Below are positions 17,480 to 28,596 of a DNA stretch of 64,000 nt, one piece after another; the first letter of the stretch is position 1; each line of letters opens with the position of its first letter. Both the position numbers and the translations under genes were made by a program. Under the pieces are notes generated by a model. That model saw only the letters and a program-made list of their open reading frames with translations, was not told where the DNA came from and searched no databases. Origin of the DNA: a virus (lineage: Duplodnaviria > Caudoviricetes). Where the stretch lies: positions 64,361-128,360 of the IMG/VR virus record IMGVR_UViG_3300030376_007544; one strand, written 5' to 3'.

Positions 17480-19477
17480 TTATCCGGTTACAACAATGCG
17501 ATAATCTCCAGCCGATATAGTTCCAAGTAGTGTAACTGTGACTGTGTTTGTGTCTGTTCTTACAATATCGCCTTGTACTTCAGCGTATGAAGAAGCGTCA
17601 TAAACCTGAACAAGTACGTCACGAGTTCCGAAGTTGTGTGTAACAGTAGTAGTGCTTGTACCTGAAGAATCAGCGGAACAATCTTTACCAGCAACTCTTG
17701 CTAGAGTTGTGCCTGACAAACCGCTACCTGTTGCAGCAAGATTGTCACGAGCATCGCCAGCAGATGAAGCACCAGTACCACCATAGGCTACACCAATATC
17801 GGTTGCCTGCCATGTACCAGTAGCAATCGTACCAATTGCTGTAATATTAGTTTGAGACGCAGTGAGAATCGTACCAGTCAGGTTACCAGTCACATTACCT
17901 GTCAAGTTACCTGTGACAGAAGTAGTTGTTAGAACTCCCGTACTTGGGTTGTAATTAAGACCTGTGTCTGTTTCGATGCCTTGATCTCCAGTGGCTCCAT
18001 CAACAAAGGTTAAGTACACTGTTTCATCAGTTGAGTTATTTGCAGTGGCTGTAACGTTCGTCGCAAGAGATGCTGTACCAGTTAGATCACCTGTTACGTT
18101 ACCAGTTACTGCACCTTCAAGTGTTCCAACAACAAGTGTAGCAGCAGCATACCCAGTTCCGCCAGTGTTTACTGTCGTAGTAGGCTCGACCTGTAGATCT
18201 TTGAAGAGTTTGAACTTACCGCTGTCGTTAGCATCACGGAAAAGACCAGCGTAAAGATCTTGCGAACCGCTTGTGTCATACAAACCGTAGAAACCAATGT
18301 CTACAGAGTCGGCAGCATTGTTTCCATTTGCCAAAATGATAAGCGGATCTTCAACTGATAGCGTAGCAGTGTTAACAGTAGTTGTGTCACCATTAACTGT
18401 AAGGTTACCAGAAATCGTTACGTTGTTAGGAAGCCCAACAGTTACTGCACCAGTTGAAGCATCAACCTCAACCTCATTGGCTGTGCCAGTAAGAGAGTTG
18501 ACCGTTGTTGCCGCAATTCTATCATTGATAGAAGCAGAAGTCATTAAAGACGTATCGTTATCAGCAAAGGCTTCGCCACTTGATTGAACTGTGGTTAGCG
18601 CCACGCTGTCAAATGTAAATGTGTCAGTGGCTTGAATGGTTATGCCACCATTAGCAGTGATCAAGCCTGCTACAGTCAAGTCGGCAAGTGTGCCAACACT
18701 CGTAAGAGATGATGCTGTAACGCCAGAAGCAAGGGTATTCGTTGTTAGTGTGTTAGCAGCAGCAGTAACTGTAATATTGCCAGTGCCATCAAATGACTCA
18801 CCGTTAATTTCTCTCGCAGTTGCCAATGCAGTCGCTGTTGCGGCATTACCAGTAATATCACTGTCTAAGTGAGCAACTGTACCAGTAGCGTTCTGGAACG
18901 TAATTGTTCTATCGGCGGTAGGATCGGTGATTGCAAACGTGGTTTCGTGAGCGTCCGCAGTAGCACCTTCGAATACAAGAGGGCTAGCAGAACTAAAAGT
19001 AGCAGTTGCTATGGAGATATTAGTATCTAAGTTAAGAGTAACGTCACCTGAGGCTCCACCACCATTTAAGTTGGTACCAGCAGTAACGCTTGTAACGTCA
19101 CCCTGTGGTGCTAAGTTAGCAATAGCCTGTGCTGTAACAGTTTTTGGGTTGTCGCTGTCATTTGTATCAGCGATGATTACTTTATCGTCTGCAGCAACGG
19201 TAACAGCAGAAAGACCAGAGGGGGCAAAGTTTACTGTAACTGCACCAGATGTCCCACCACCAGAAAGACCTGTACCAGCCGTAACACCTGTTATATCGCC
19301 TTGTTCTTGTAGGCTTATCCAACCAGATCCGTTGTAAATATAGAGTTCATTGTCGCTGGTGTTAAAGTAAATTTGACCAGTCGCTGGCGAACCCGGAGCG
19401 GTTCCTAAGTTCTGAACTTTAGCGTTCTGCAACTCATTTTTATTTAGATCTATATTAGTTAAAAACTTTTGAGCCAT
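17480..19477 (-). CDS. Thr/Gly-rich virion structural or fibre protein
   Basis: Fibre-like repeats (GNVTG, AGTGLSGGG); position in the tail module. Confidence 0.7.
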   Translation of the reverse strand: MAQKFLTNIDLNKNELQNAKVQNLGTAPGSPATGQIYFNTSDNELYIYNGSGWISLQEQGDITGVTAGTGLSGGGTSGAVTVNFAPSGLSAVTVAADDKVIIADTNDSDNPKTVTAQAIANLAPQGDVTSVTAGTNLNGGGASGDVTLNLDTNISIATATFSSASPLVFEGATADAHETTFAITDPTADRTITFQNATGTVAHLDSDITGNAATATALATAREINGESFDGTGNITVTAAANTLTTNTLASGVTASSLTSVGTLADLTVAGLITANGGITIQATDTFTFDSVALTTVQSSGEAFADNDTSLMTSASINDRIAATTVNSLTGTANEVEVDASTGAVTVGLPNNVTISGNLTVNGDTTTVNTATLSVEDPLIILANGNNAADSVDIGFYGLYDTSGSQDLYAGLFRDANDSGKFKLFKDLQVEPTTTVNTGGTGYAAATLVVGTLEGAVTGNVTGDLTGTASLATNVTATANNSTDETVYLTFVDGATGDQGIETDTGLNYNPSTGVLTTTSVTGNLTGNVTGNLTGTILTASQTNITAIGTIATGTWQATDIGVAYGGTGASSAGDARDNLAATGSGLSGTTLARVAGKDCSADSSGTSTTTVTHNFGTRDVLVQVYDASSYAEVQGDIVRTDTNTVTVTLLGTISAGDYRIVVTG

Positions 19478-19490
19478 GTTTTCTCCACAC

Positions 19491-19967
19491 TTAAGTTAAA
19501 TACGCTTTACCGGAAAACGCAGATTCAAATGAAACTGTAACACTACTTGTACTATTATATGATACCTCACCAACTACTACTGTCCCAGCAGAATCAACAA
19601 CAGTTACAGAAGGAAAACCATCTAGAGTATGACTAATTGTCCATGAAGAAGAAGTTGTAGACTGGGTGTGTGTAAAACGCTTTGGTATCAAAGGTAACGG
19701 ATCAGAACCCCAAGAAGTGTTGCCTTTGGGTCCCCAAAGTTTACCTCCAGATGTATCGATGTAAAAGTCACCAGCAGAACCCAAACTATCTAATGGAGAA
19801 CCTGTAGAATACAACAAATTTGAAGAAGCTCCAGCATCATTCACGAACGTTGCCGCTACCACTGAAACAGTATTCGAAGTAGTTTCTGAAACGCTAACTG
19901 AATTAATTATGTCTTGAGCTGTTACGGCATTAGTCGTTTCTGTTACATTAACTGTGTAATCTGACAT
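19491..19967 (-). CDS. Virion structural protein
   Basis: G..GDFYIDT...LWGPK and WTISH.L...PSVTVVD motifs. Confidence 0.6.
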   Translation of the reverse strand: MSDYTVNVTETTNAVTAQDIINSVSVSETTSNTVSVVAATFVNDAGASSNLLYSTGSPLDSLGSAGDFYIDTSGGKLWGPKGNTSWGSDPLPLIPKRFTHTQSTTSSSWTISHTLDGFPSVTVVDSAGTVVVGEVSYNSTSSVTVSFESAFSGKAYLT

Positions 19968-19968
19968 A

Positions 19969-20310
19969 TTAACCTACCGTAAAATTCCCTTGAACCAATC
20001 GAACCACACCTGGTCGCCCACCATTGCTCACTAACTCTAAATCGTATACATGTGTACCTGTCGGCAGATTTGTCGTTTCTGACGAAGATAAACTTAATAC
20101 TATTTTACCACTAGAAGCGTCATGTGTAATCCTACCATTGCTGTTCGTTAGTTCAATTAAGTAAGATGACGAAGATTTTAGTTCACGCACTTGCATGCGG
20201 GAGTCCCAATAAGTTAAAGAAGCAACTGAATCGTTAGGATTTGTTATAAAAATATTGTAGGTAAAAGTTTGTCCTTTTGTACATGAAAGATCTAACGGTC
20301 CAGCAGTCAT
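19969..20310 (-). CDS. Small beta-rich tail-associated protein, paralog of 29126-29470
   Basis: G.TF...RMQVR...LIELT..NGRI...VYDLE shared with the paralog. Confidence 0.7.
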   Translation of the reverse strand: MTAGPLDLSCTKGQTFTYNIFITNPNDSVASLTYWDSRMQVRELKSSSSYLIELTNSNGRITHDASSGKIVLSLSSSETTNLPTGTHVYDLELVSNGGRPGVVRLVQGNFTVG

Positions 20311-20660
20311 TATTCCATCTCCTCATCAAAATGCATGGGAGGGAGTTGTGGACCGTGGGCAATGTACTCGTCGGCAAGTTTTATCATTCCACGTGCAATC
20401 CACTCAGGTAAGTTGTCTGACGTTACCACCATTAAATTGGCTTGACCTTCTTCGTCTATTATCTCACCAATAAGAACAAAGTTTCCAATAATACCTACGT
20501 CTTCGCCTCTAGATTCAAAAACATCATCAAGTATCTTACCAACCACGTCCTGCCCGCTTGTTTCTGACTCTCCTTGAACAGCATCAGACAGCATCGCAAT
20601 CAAATCGTCAACGCTGTCGTCATCTGCACGCTCACTCCACGGCACAAAGTCATCAGCCAT
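20310..20660 (-). CDS. Acidic hypothetical protein
   Basis: Coupled ORF in the operon. Confidence 0.7.
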   Translation of the reverse strand: MADDFVPWSERADDDSVDDLIAMLSDAVQGESETSGQDVVGKILDDVFESRGEDVGIIGNFVLIGEIIDEEGQANLMVVTSDNLPEWIARGMIKLADEYIAHGPQLPPMHFDEEME

Positions 20661-20661
20661 T

Positions 20662-20964
20662 TTAATTGTCCTGTGACTTATATGATTGAAGCTCTTCCAT
20701 CAGCTCATCATTTTTCTTTTCAAGTTGATCAATTTCTTCTTGCAAGTGGTGCGTGATATAGCGAAGTCTATTATTCTCTTTCCTTTGTAATGCGTATTCT
20801 ATTCTACTCTGTCTCACGAGATCTAACCAAACTTCATCCTGTGCCGCCCCAACATCAAAATCTAATTTTTGTTTCTTAATTCTATTTGATAATAGGATTC
20901 CGGCAAATGTAACAACTGAACCAACGAGGGCAGGCACCGTCATGTTTATAAATTCACTCCACAT
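20662..20964 (-). CDS. Single-TM plus coiled-coil protein (possible lysis accessory); ATG start at 20964 preferred
   Basis: GGAGG RBS before MWSEF; TM segment then heptads. Confidence 0.6.
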   Translation of the reverse strand: MWSEFINMTVPALVGSVVTFAGILLSNRIKKQKLDFDVGAAQDEVWLDLVRQSRIEYALQRKENNRLRYITHHLQEEIDQLEKKNDELMEELQSYKSQDN

Positions 20965-21018
20965 GTGTCTGTCCTCCAACTATATTGTATGTATACCCCC
21001 TAAGGGAAAATAGTAATT

Positions 21019-21837
21019 TTATGAATAATCTAACTCAACTGTAATCGTAGGTCCCAGTGGTGCGGTGGAATAAAACGCATTATATGGATAATATAAAAAA
21101 TAGTCCGTATCAAAAGATGATCCATAATTGTTAAGCCCACCGCTACCAGTGCCTGTATCTGTTTTGTTTGCTATAACTAAAGGCTTTTCAGTTGCAGCAT
21201 GATCTAACAAGGCTTTGGCTGTTGCGTTACTTTGAGACTCTAAATTAATAATTGCTTGCTGATTTAAATCTAGCGCATTATTTGGTCTACCCGCATAGTT
21301 CTTAGTTGCATAATTTGAAAAACTAATTTTAGTAGGTGTTGGTGATGTATCCGTTATTGTGCCAGAGTATGTTCCAATGTTTATATTTCCCCAGCCTCCA
21401 CCACTGCCCCAAAATCCATATTGGTAACTATGTCTGAACAAACTTAACGTGGCTGATACCACAACGGGTCTTTCATCAAGAGCGTCTTCTAAGGTTACAG
21501 CCCCACTTGTGTCATACTTGAATGTTGCTAGTCCAAACCATCTATAGTAACTATCTGTGCCAGTGGGGTAACTTCCAGCCCATCTTCCTTGCCTAAGCCC
21601 ATTTATACCTCCGCCATCAGCACCTGACCATAGCCACTGTGTACCACGTGCAGATTTTGAGTTGTTAGCAACAAACGTGTATGTTTGTGGATCAGAACCA
21701 GTGTAAATTGGGTCCCACCCAGACCCCGTGCTGCGGTAGGCTTTCTTCACCGTCTTCCACTCGGAGCCATCAGACGCTTTTAAGTCTCCGCTGGCTACTG
21801 GTTGCCAACCGCTGCCGTTACTTCCATAGATAGCCAT
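21019..21837 (-). CDS. Tail tip / receptor-binding accessory protein
   Basis: N-terminal G.GW repeats; follows a fibre gene. Confidence 0.55.
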   Translation of the reverse strand: MAIYGSNGSGWQPVASGDLKASDGSEWKTVKKAYRSTGSGWDPIYTGSDPQTYTFVANNSKSARGTQWLWSGADGGGINGLRQGRWAGSYPTGTDSYYRWFGLATFKYDTSGAVTLEDALDERPVVVSATLSLFRHSYQYGFWGSGGGWGNINIGTYSGTITDTSPTPTKISFSNYATKNYAGRPNNALDLNQQAIINLESQSNATAKALLDHAATEKPLVIANKTDTGTGSGGLNNYGSSFDTDYFLYYPYNAFYSTAPLGPTITVELDYS

Positions 21838-21846
21838 AGCGTTCCC

Positions 21847-23271
21847 TTAAATCTGGAACCATAGGTTGCCCGAAGCACCGTAAGAAGGAGTGCCTGACTG
21901 AACGAAAATTCTACGCCCATCAGTAGCGCTAGAATCACCGTAGGTATCATCCTTATGCAAGAACCGGCCATCAAGGTCACGGGTACCTATAGCAGTAACA
22001 TGGCCACGGGAGTCAACAGTAAAATCTTCGATAACAACACCGTTATTACTGCCGCCGTAGATTCCGCTTAACGTAGAGGTATCGGCGTGAGTTACAGTCA
22101 CTGAAGAAGTCTCGGTATCGTTAGATGACACGTCGATACTCGTCCCAGCAATAATTCGCCGAACATACGCACCCGAAGTTTGCGTTCCTAGAGTTACAGC
22201 GTTGCCATCAATCTTGTCATTAGTGATAGCGTCGCTGGCAATCTGATCAGTATCAATCGTACCAGTAATTTTAGTGGCAGCAAGAGAAATAATTTTAGCG
22301 TCTTCAATGCTACCAGCCAACTGAGCGTTTGTCACCTTATCAAAAGTAAGATTGCCAGTAGTTCTACCAAGAACAGTATTTTCAGTATTGGCTACTATTT
22401 GAGTAAGGTTAGCAGGAGTACTACCAACACGACCCAAAATAGCGTGCCCAGAAACCTGTTGCATCTGCTCAACATCAACTGCATTAGCAGTAATATTATC
22501 TGTATCAATTTTAGCAAATTCAAGAGAAGTGCCGTTTCTAAGAAGCACCTCATTATCATTGCCAGCAGTAATGTCTGCTACAACACCGCCAGAACTTGCA
22601 GAACGACCAATCACAGACAAGCCAGCAGAATCCTCAATCTTTTCATGAGTTACTGCACTAGTAGCAATCCTAGCGATAGGTAAAGTTCCGGCTGTGATCT
22701 TACCAGCATCAATATCTGAGCCAAGTTTAGCGTTTAAAATAGTACCAGCACCAATCCTGCCCACGTCAAGAGTACCAGTTGTCATCTTTGAAATATCAAG
22801 ACCAGAGGCAGCGAGTTTATCATTTGTCACATGAGCGTTAGTTATCTTTATCGTAGTTACAGCATTATCAGCCAACTCATCAGTGTTAATAGCATTATCA
22901 GCCATCATTGCATTCGTAATAGTGTTATTTGAAATACTATGCTTGTGATCTGCACGTGCAACGAGCGTGGAAGAGCCGTCTGCTAAAGTTCCATCAATCG
23001 CTACAGCACTACCAGGTTTTCCTATCTCGAACCAAGCCGCCCCATTGCAATAAGACAGCGTTCCAGTATCAGTGTTTGAAGTGGAATAGTGAAAAAATCC
23101 TTTATACTTAGCAATAGCTTTAGCCGTTGGAACCGTTGATCCAGCTTGATCAAATCCAGCGCCCAACGCCTCTAACTTGTCGTGAGACGTGTTCATTTGA
23201 GTACGGGTAAACGTATCAGCACCCGAACTCCAAGTGAAAATTTCTAAACGATCTGTTTGTGAAGCAGCCAT
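21847..23271 (-). CDS. Tail fibre protein
   Basis: ARADHKH motif, AVT..K[IL] repeats, C-terminal G..GNLWFQ. Confidence 0.7.
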   Translation of the reverse strand: MAASQTDRLEIFTWSSGADTFTRTQMNTSHDKLEALGAGFDQAGSTVPTAKAIAKYKGFFHYSTSNTDTGTLSYCNGAAWFEIGKPGSAVAIDGTLADGSSTLVARADHKHSISNNTITNAMMADNAINTDELADNAVTTIKITNAHVTNDKLAASGLDISKMTTGTLDVGRIGAGTILNAKLGSDIDAGKITAGTLPIARIATSAVTHEKIEDSAGLSVIGRSASSGGVVADITAGNDNEVLLRNGTSLEFAKIDTDNITANAVDVEQMQQVSGHAILGRVGSTPANLTQIVANTENTVLGRTTGNLTFDKVTNAQLAGSIEDAKIISLAATKITGTIDTDQIASDAITNDKIDGNAVTLGTQTSGAYVRRIIAGTSIDVSSNDTETSSVTVTHADTSTLSGIYGGSNNGVVIEDFTVDSRGHVTAIGTRDLDGRFLHKDDTYGDSSATDGRRIFVQSGTPSYGASGNLWFQI

Positions 23272-23298
23272 GATAATCCTTTCCTATGGCTTATTGTA

Positions 23299-26200
23299 CT
23301 AGGTTATTTGTGAATTCATTAGTGTAATTTCTGCATCAGACAGCCTTCTGTTGAAGTAAGCAAACTGTGCTAAACCAAACCGTGCATTCCATGCTCCCGC
23401 TGCACCTTCCCCAAAAGAAGCCAAAGATGTAGCAGAAGAAAAAGTTTTCGTTATAGCTGCTGCAACAGTAGACTGTTCAGTTCCATTAATAACTAAACTA
23501 AAACCAATAGTTGGATCTCTGCGCACAACAACCTCATGCCATGATCCGTATGTTGGGGATTCAGTCCAAGTCACAGTCTCAGTGTCTGTGCCATCTGTAA
23601 ATGTGGCTTTTATTGCAGGACCATCATAATAGATATGTAATCCCTGATTTGCGGCATTTAATAATTTAAATATTGTGTAGTCTGTGCCAGCAGAAGCCGT
23701 CCAAAAACGCCTAACTTGCATCGCTACAGAAAACGGGTGATACGCCTCAAGTTCAGGAGGGTTATACATAGTGAGCGTTCCCTCATACGCATGAATCGAC
23801 TCTTTGTTTATCAACTGACTAGGAGCATATGCAACTGACGATGCAGGAAAGTTTCTTGTTAGCGTCCACGTGTGACTTGCATCAACGGAGTCTGCCCCTG
23901 TTGTTGCACCAGTCCCAATTGTTGTGGGTAAAAACTTAGCAAGGTTTGTTCCAGAAGGTCCTGTTCCGTTTGCTTGAATAGTTATTTGATTTAAAGTTAA
24001 TCCACTAAAGGTGTTAGAAGTTGACGCCTCATAAACGGTAGCAGGGGTTAATGTTAAAACACCCGAACCATTTGTGGTTACGGAGTTTACTTTGTTTGTT
24101 GCCCCACCTGTTGTTGTGTTTACAACTCGTGTTACAACATCGTATGCTGTTGAGTTGCTTAAACCATTTATTGTTAGCGTGTCTCCACCTGAAGCAGCGT
24201 GCCCAAAGTACCATGTGTCTGTGGTCCCACCAATTCTCCGCATAGCAAGAACATCAAAATCTTTATCTCCAGCAGCTGCGCCATCAACATCAACTGTCAC
24301 CGTAGATGTTGCGCTGTCTGGAAGGCTAGCATTAAAACTTGTACTGTATACCGATACACCGCTTAAGTCAACATCAACACTTGGGGAATACGTAAACTTT
24401 CCGTAAGTTTTTGTTGCGTCCCCGTCAATGTAAGCATGATTATTCGTCGAAGTGTCACTATCGCCAGTAAATGTTAGCGGAGTTTTAAAGATCATAAACC
24501 TTTTTACCCCACAAGAAAGTGGGTTAGCATCTGCCCAATTGTCTGAAGCATCTAGTTTTCCTAAAACTTGTAAGCGTGCATGGGCGTTGCCCGCAGAAGA
24601 TGAGGCAGGAGTAATTGTTGCTGTGCCGATCTTGTTTCCCTCCCAGTCATCATATAAAGATGATTGGGCATAAAACGTAACTGAAGCAGTTCCGCTAACG
24701 GCACCACGCTTTACTCTTAAAACTATATCTCCCTTGTTTCCTACTGTAGAAAAATCAATAGGATCAGAAGCGGCATAGTTAGTCGCCCCAACAGCGTTAT
24801 ACCCTTCAACAAGTAGCATTCTTGTATCATTATCAATTGCTGCTGTAGCACCAGACACTAAATATAGTGCCCAGTCATTATCGCCTTGACTATCACTATC
24901 CACACCACAAGCAATTAAGCGCTTTTCTCTATAGAGCCAGTCCGATGGAGTGTTTCCTCCGCTTCCTGCACTATCCACACTTGCTGTAGGAGCAGTAACA
25001 TCAGTCAAAATCGCAACCAAATCGAACCCAGCAGTATTTCCGCCTATGTCCGCATAAGTTGTAGAAGCCGTTGTTAAACTTCCAAAAGTTGTAGCCGTCT
25101 TTTTGCCAAAATAATACTCTGAACCAGTTGAATGATGAGCGTATCCAACCCCACCACCAACTTCAGTTAATGGTACTGACACAGAAGAGTTTAATAAAAT
25201 ATTTCTAGCAAACCCATCTTTATCAGCAATCAAACTAGGTCCATACGTAACGACACCTCCACCGCCACTGTTCGAAACAGTAGCTGGATAAAAAACATCT
25301 GTAAAACTATATGTGCCATTACCGCTATCTATAACTTGCCCCACCTTTGTAGCAAACGCTCCAGCAGAAAGACCATGGTTCACAGCGTCAACAACAAGAG
25401 AACCTGAAGCATCAGGGTCCGAATCGGGGTCAACAAGAACTTCAACTAAAAACGGATTCTCTTTATCATTATTGTTTACATTAACTGCATCTGTTGAGGG
25501 CGTAGCGCTTGCAAGCATTGTTCTAACAAAAGCCTCAACGGTGTCTGGTCTTCCAGCGTGTATTCCTGTAAACCCAGTACGAATCTGATCCCTGAAAGAC
25601 TGAACCGTATCGAAAAAGTCTGGATCAGCGGCCTGAAGTGCAAGCCAATCAGAAAAAGACTCAATGTCGGTCCACTCGCCTGGATCGCTTCCTGCGTCAC
25701 CACCGTCATAGGACTCTATAGCACTCCATGGGGTAAAGCCTGAACTCGAAACTAGCAGAGTTGTTGCTGTCACTGAAGCCAACCATGCCAAATAAGAAGC
25801 AGCAGCGGTGTCAGGATCTGTAAGTTTTGATTTGATTTCAGTCCCTTCTTCGGGTCTAGTGTAATCAAACTGGGCTGCTTCGTCAGCGATTTTGTCAGCG
25901 TATGATGCAAGTGACTCTAAATACCTTCGTAGTGGTAAATTGAGTTGATCTTGTCCAAGTATGTTATGTATTTTTTCGTCATCTAATCGCATGAAAGCCG
26001 GAAGGCCCGTGTATGCTCGATGAGAAATTCTACCTATCTTATTTAAAGAGTCTTCGCAGATAACGGGATCATAGAAAAATCCACCGTCTTCACTTGCTAA
26101 GTTTCCCCCAGATCCACCGGATATTTTAAAAACCATTCTAACATACTTATCAGACGCTCTAGCAGTAAAATCTTTAAAAAGCCTAGAAACAGTTGTTTCT

Positions 26201-26601
26201 GTTGCAAAAGTAATTGTTGTAGGTGCAGACAAAGAAGAATCTGTAGCGTATGTATCACCAGTCCCACTGTTTGTGCTATTGAACTCCATGTCTAGCGTAA
26301 CATCAGCATCTCCCTTTCCTTGAAAGTAGAAAAGGGAAGCCATGTAACGTTGAGAACTTTCAATGGGTATCCAATCAGATTTAATAGTAATATCGTTAGT
26401 TCCGTTAGAAATCCAAGCCATTATACGACCTGGAAAGTCGTTAGTATTTGGATTGTATTTATTATAAAACCAAGTATCGTCTACTCGAACTATAGCACCA
26501 GTTGGAGAAGAAACTAATTCCCAACCAGAAAGATTCGTTCCGCCCTCAGCACCAAAATTAGCTTGATTTGCAGAAAAAAGATTAACATCTCGAACTGACA
26601 C
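23299..26601 (-). CDS. Large baseplate wedge/tail protein with a probable C-terminal LamG-like domain
   Basis: LP.FMR.DD...DPDTA...YL.WLA (P2 gpI-like); WH.VVVRR...LVING...YFNRRLS.AEI; follows baseplate J. Confidence 0.65.
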   Translation of the reverse strand: MSVRDVNLFSANQANFGAEGGTNLSGWELVSSPTGAIVRVDDTWFYNKYNPNTNDFPGRIMAWISNGTNDITIKSDWIPIESSQRYMASLFYFQGKGDADVTLDMEFNSTNSGTGDTYATDSSLSAPTTITFATETTVSRLFKDFTARASDKYVRMVFKISGGSGGNLASEDGGFFYDPVICEDSLNKIGRISHRAYTGLPAFMRLDDEKIHNILGQDQLNLPLRRYLESLASYADKIADEAAQFDYTRPEEGTEIKSKLTDPDTAAASYLAWLASVTATTLLVSSSGFTPWSAIESYDGGDAGSDPGEWTDIESFSDWLALQAADPDFFDTVQSFRDQIRTGFTGIHAGRPDTVEAFVRTMLASATPSTDAVNVNNNDKENPFLVEVLVDPDSDPDASGSLVVDAVNHGLSAGAFATKVGQVIDSGNGTYSFTDVFYPATVSNSGGGGVVTYGPSLIADKDGFARNILLNSSVSVPLTEVGGGVGYAHHSTGSEYYFGKKTATTFGSLTTASTTYADIGGNTAGFDLVAILTDVTAPTASVDSAGSGGNTPSDWLYREKRLIACGVDSDSQGDNDWALYLVSGATAAIDNDTRMLLVEGYNAVGATNYAASDPIDFSTVGNKGDIVLRVKRGAVSGTASVTFYAQSSLYDDWEGNKIGTATITPASSSAGNAHARLQVLGKLDASDNWADANPLSCGVKRFMIFKTPLTFTGDSDTSTNNHAYIDGDATKTYGKFTYSPSVDVDLSGVSVYSTSFNASLPDSATSTVTVDVDGAAAGDKDFDVLAMRRIGGTTDTWYFGHAASGGDTLTINGLSNSTAYDVVTRVVNTTTGGATNKVNSVTTNGSGVLTLTPATVYEASTSNTFSGLTLNQITIQANGTGPSGTNLAKFLPTTIGTGATTGADSVDASHTWTLTRNFPASSVAYAPSQLINKESIHAYEGTLTMYNPPELEAYHPFSVAMQVRRFWTASAGTDYTIFKLLNAANQGLHIYYDGPAIKATFTDGTDTETVTWTESPTYGSWHEVVVRRDPTIGFSLVINGTEQSTVAAAITKTFSSATSLASFGEGAAGAWNARFGLAQFAYFNRRLSDAEITLMNSQIT

Positions 26602-26616
26602 GTTACGCTCCTAATC

Positions 26617-28221
26617 CTACGACACTGTGATAGTTAGAGTTCCAGCAGTAACTAAAGTTCCTAAATTGGGTAAAACAATATCTGTGCTCACAGCCCCAGA
26701 ACCACTTAAGGCAACAAACTGATTGGCGCTAGAACTTCCTCCAGTTATCGCACTTGTTGAAGCAAACGTGACGTTTGCGTGGGTGGAACCAGCCCAATCT
26801 CCGGCAACAGGCGTCCATGCTGTTGTACTTGCTGGAATGTTTCCACCGTTGTTGGCGTCATTGTAAGCTATTCCATTATCAACAGCCGTGTATGTTACGC
26901 CAGTTTTAGCCCCACCACTCAGTGTAAATGCCTCATTAGAGAATTGATACACAGTTGGGACTGCGGTTGAACTTGAAGAGTCAACATAGTAAATTGAAGC
27001 TTCCCCAGCAGCATAACTGCCAGAACTTGCAGCATTAGCAACATTTACAGTAAAACTTGAGTTTGATCCAGTTGTTGATAAGTATCCAACATTGCTTGTT
27101 CCTACTAGTGGGGTTCCGTCCATTGTTAACGTGTCTACATAGTCAACCCCAGAAACAGAGTCAATAACAGATATTATTTCATTTCTTCTAACATACTGCT
27201 GTGACCAATCCCAAGTATTAGCATTTAAGTATGCTTTCAATGCTGTTTCAATGTTTGTTTTAACTGTTGACGCAGTTTCACCTGATTTCATAACAACAGA
27301 AGATGTTATATTAATTGACGCCAGTTCTGCTGACATAACATCAACCGACAAGCCACTAGGAACCCTAGCGGATAGCGAAGTGTAAAGATCAGATAGATTT
27401 GAATTTGCAACAGGTAGTTCGAGCGCTGCAGATGCAGGCGTGTTTATAGTGCCAGCCACGGCAACTAAAACGCTACCATCGTGGGTGGAGTAGGAGGTTG
27501 CTAAAGTGTTTCGATCTCGATATCTCCTGCGATTGAAAACTTCAACCCTATTTGCATACGATTTGTTAGCAGAAATATAATACTTTATCTGAGATGTGCT
27601 TGTTGAAGCAGATGTGTAACTTGCTAAAAGGTTAATGGCTCTAGCAAAATACCTTTCATCTGATTCAGCGTCTGTACCACCAGAAGGACTTATGCTGAAG
27701 GTAGCAGAAGAGAAAAAAGACGAAGGAGTAAGAAGCGACAAACTTGCTGTGTCGGCTGAAATATTATAAGTCGATCCCACCGCTTGTGCGCTAACAGTTG
27801 CTGTTCCAGACAATGAGCCGTCAAGACTAAAGGCTGAATCTAAAACAAATACATACGAAGTGCTAGTCGCCGTGTCTGTGTACAAAAATCTTGTACCAGC
27901 AGGAAGTGACCTAGCCACCGTATCGGAGTCAGCAAATGTAATTGTTAAGGTTGCAGTCGCTTTAGTACCACTGCTCCTTGTAAGGCCAAAAAGTTGTAAA
28001 AGCACTTCAGCAGTTGCTGAAGGAAGCCTGTTTATTCCACCAGCCAACTCTGATGATCTTGTAGCAAAGGATTCTGCCAGTGCAACCTCAATCTGACCAA
28101 CTTCTGGCATCCAATTTGGTAACAAACCTCTAGCAGAAGTAAGAATGCTGTTTAGTACGGTAACTGGATTATCATCAAAAACTGTTAAGTCTACATATTT
28201 TGAAACATCAGGAGAAGACAT
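26617..28221 (-). CDS. Baseplate J-like protein
   Basis: LFGLTR..GT.AT..LT, LPAGTRF, GGTDAESD..Y..R, I.SVSGVDYV. Confidence 0.85.
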   Translation of the reverse strand: MSSPDVSKYVDLTVFDDNPVTVLNSILTSARGLLPNWMPEVGQIEVALAESFATRSSELAGGINRLPSATAEVLLQLFGLTRSSGTKATATLTITFADSDTVARSLPAGTRFLYTDTATSTSYVFVLDSAFSLDGSLSGTATVSAQAVGSTYNISADTASLSLLTPSSFFSSATFSISPSGGTDAESDERYFARAINLLASYTSASTSTSQIKYYISANKSYANRVEVFNRRRYRDRNTLATSYSTHDGSVLVAVAGTINTPASAALELPVANSNLSDLYTSLSARVPSGLSVDVMSAELASINITSSVVMKSGETASTVKTNIETALKAYLNANTWDWSQQYVRRNEIISVIDSVSGVDYVDTLTMDGTPLVGTSNVGYLSTTGSNSSFTVNVANAASSGSYAAGEASIYYVDSSSSTAVPTVYQFSNEAFTLSGGAKTGVTYTAVDNGIAYNDANNGGNIPASTTAWTPVAGDWAGSTHANVTFASTSAITGGSSSANQFVALSGSGAVSTDIVLPNLGTLVTAGTLTITVS

Positions 28222-28228
28222 TATACCC

Positions 28229-28534
28229 TCACTTAAAATTAATCTCTACATTGGTTAATGCGCCTTCTGACTGCACAAGCCCAATTTCCACAATATCGAT
28301 ATTATCCGTAGTGTAAAAGTCACTAAATGAATCGTAAAACTGACCAGAGTCAAAAGTATTAAAAGTTGGCTCTTCAATGCCAAAATTTGGAAATATACTA
28401 CGTTCGGTAGTTTCTGTTCGAACAAAAGCTTTAACTTGTTGTGCTTTGTACGTGTCTGTACCAGTCAGCACCACATCTGCTCTTCTATTGTTGTTGCTCA
28501 TCCTAAATGGATATGAAAGAACATACTCAGCCAT
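28229..28534 (-). CDS. gp25/gpW-like baseplate wedge protein (start probably MAEYV)
   Basis: LSYPFR...T...ER..FP.FG; adjacent to baseplate J. Confidence 0.65.
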   Translation of the reverse strand: MAEYVLSYPFRMSNNNRRADVVLTGTDTYKAQQVKAFVRTETTERSIFPNFGIEEPTFNTFDSGQFYDSFSDFYTTDNIDIVEIGLVQSEGALTNVEINFK

Positions 28535-28596
28535 TAGATTCTCCAAAAAATACCTACATATACATTCTACCTAAATTTCAGGGGGTACTACCACTA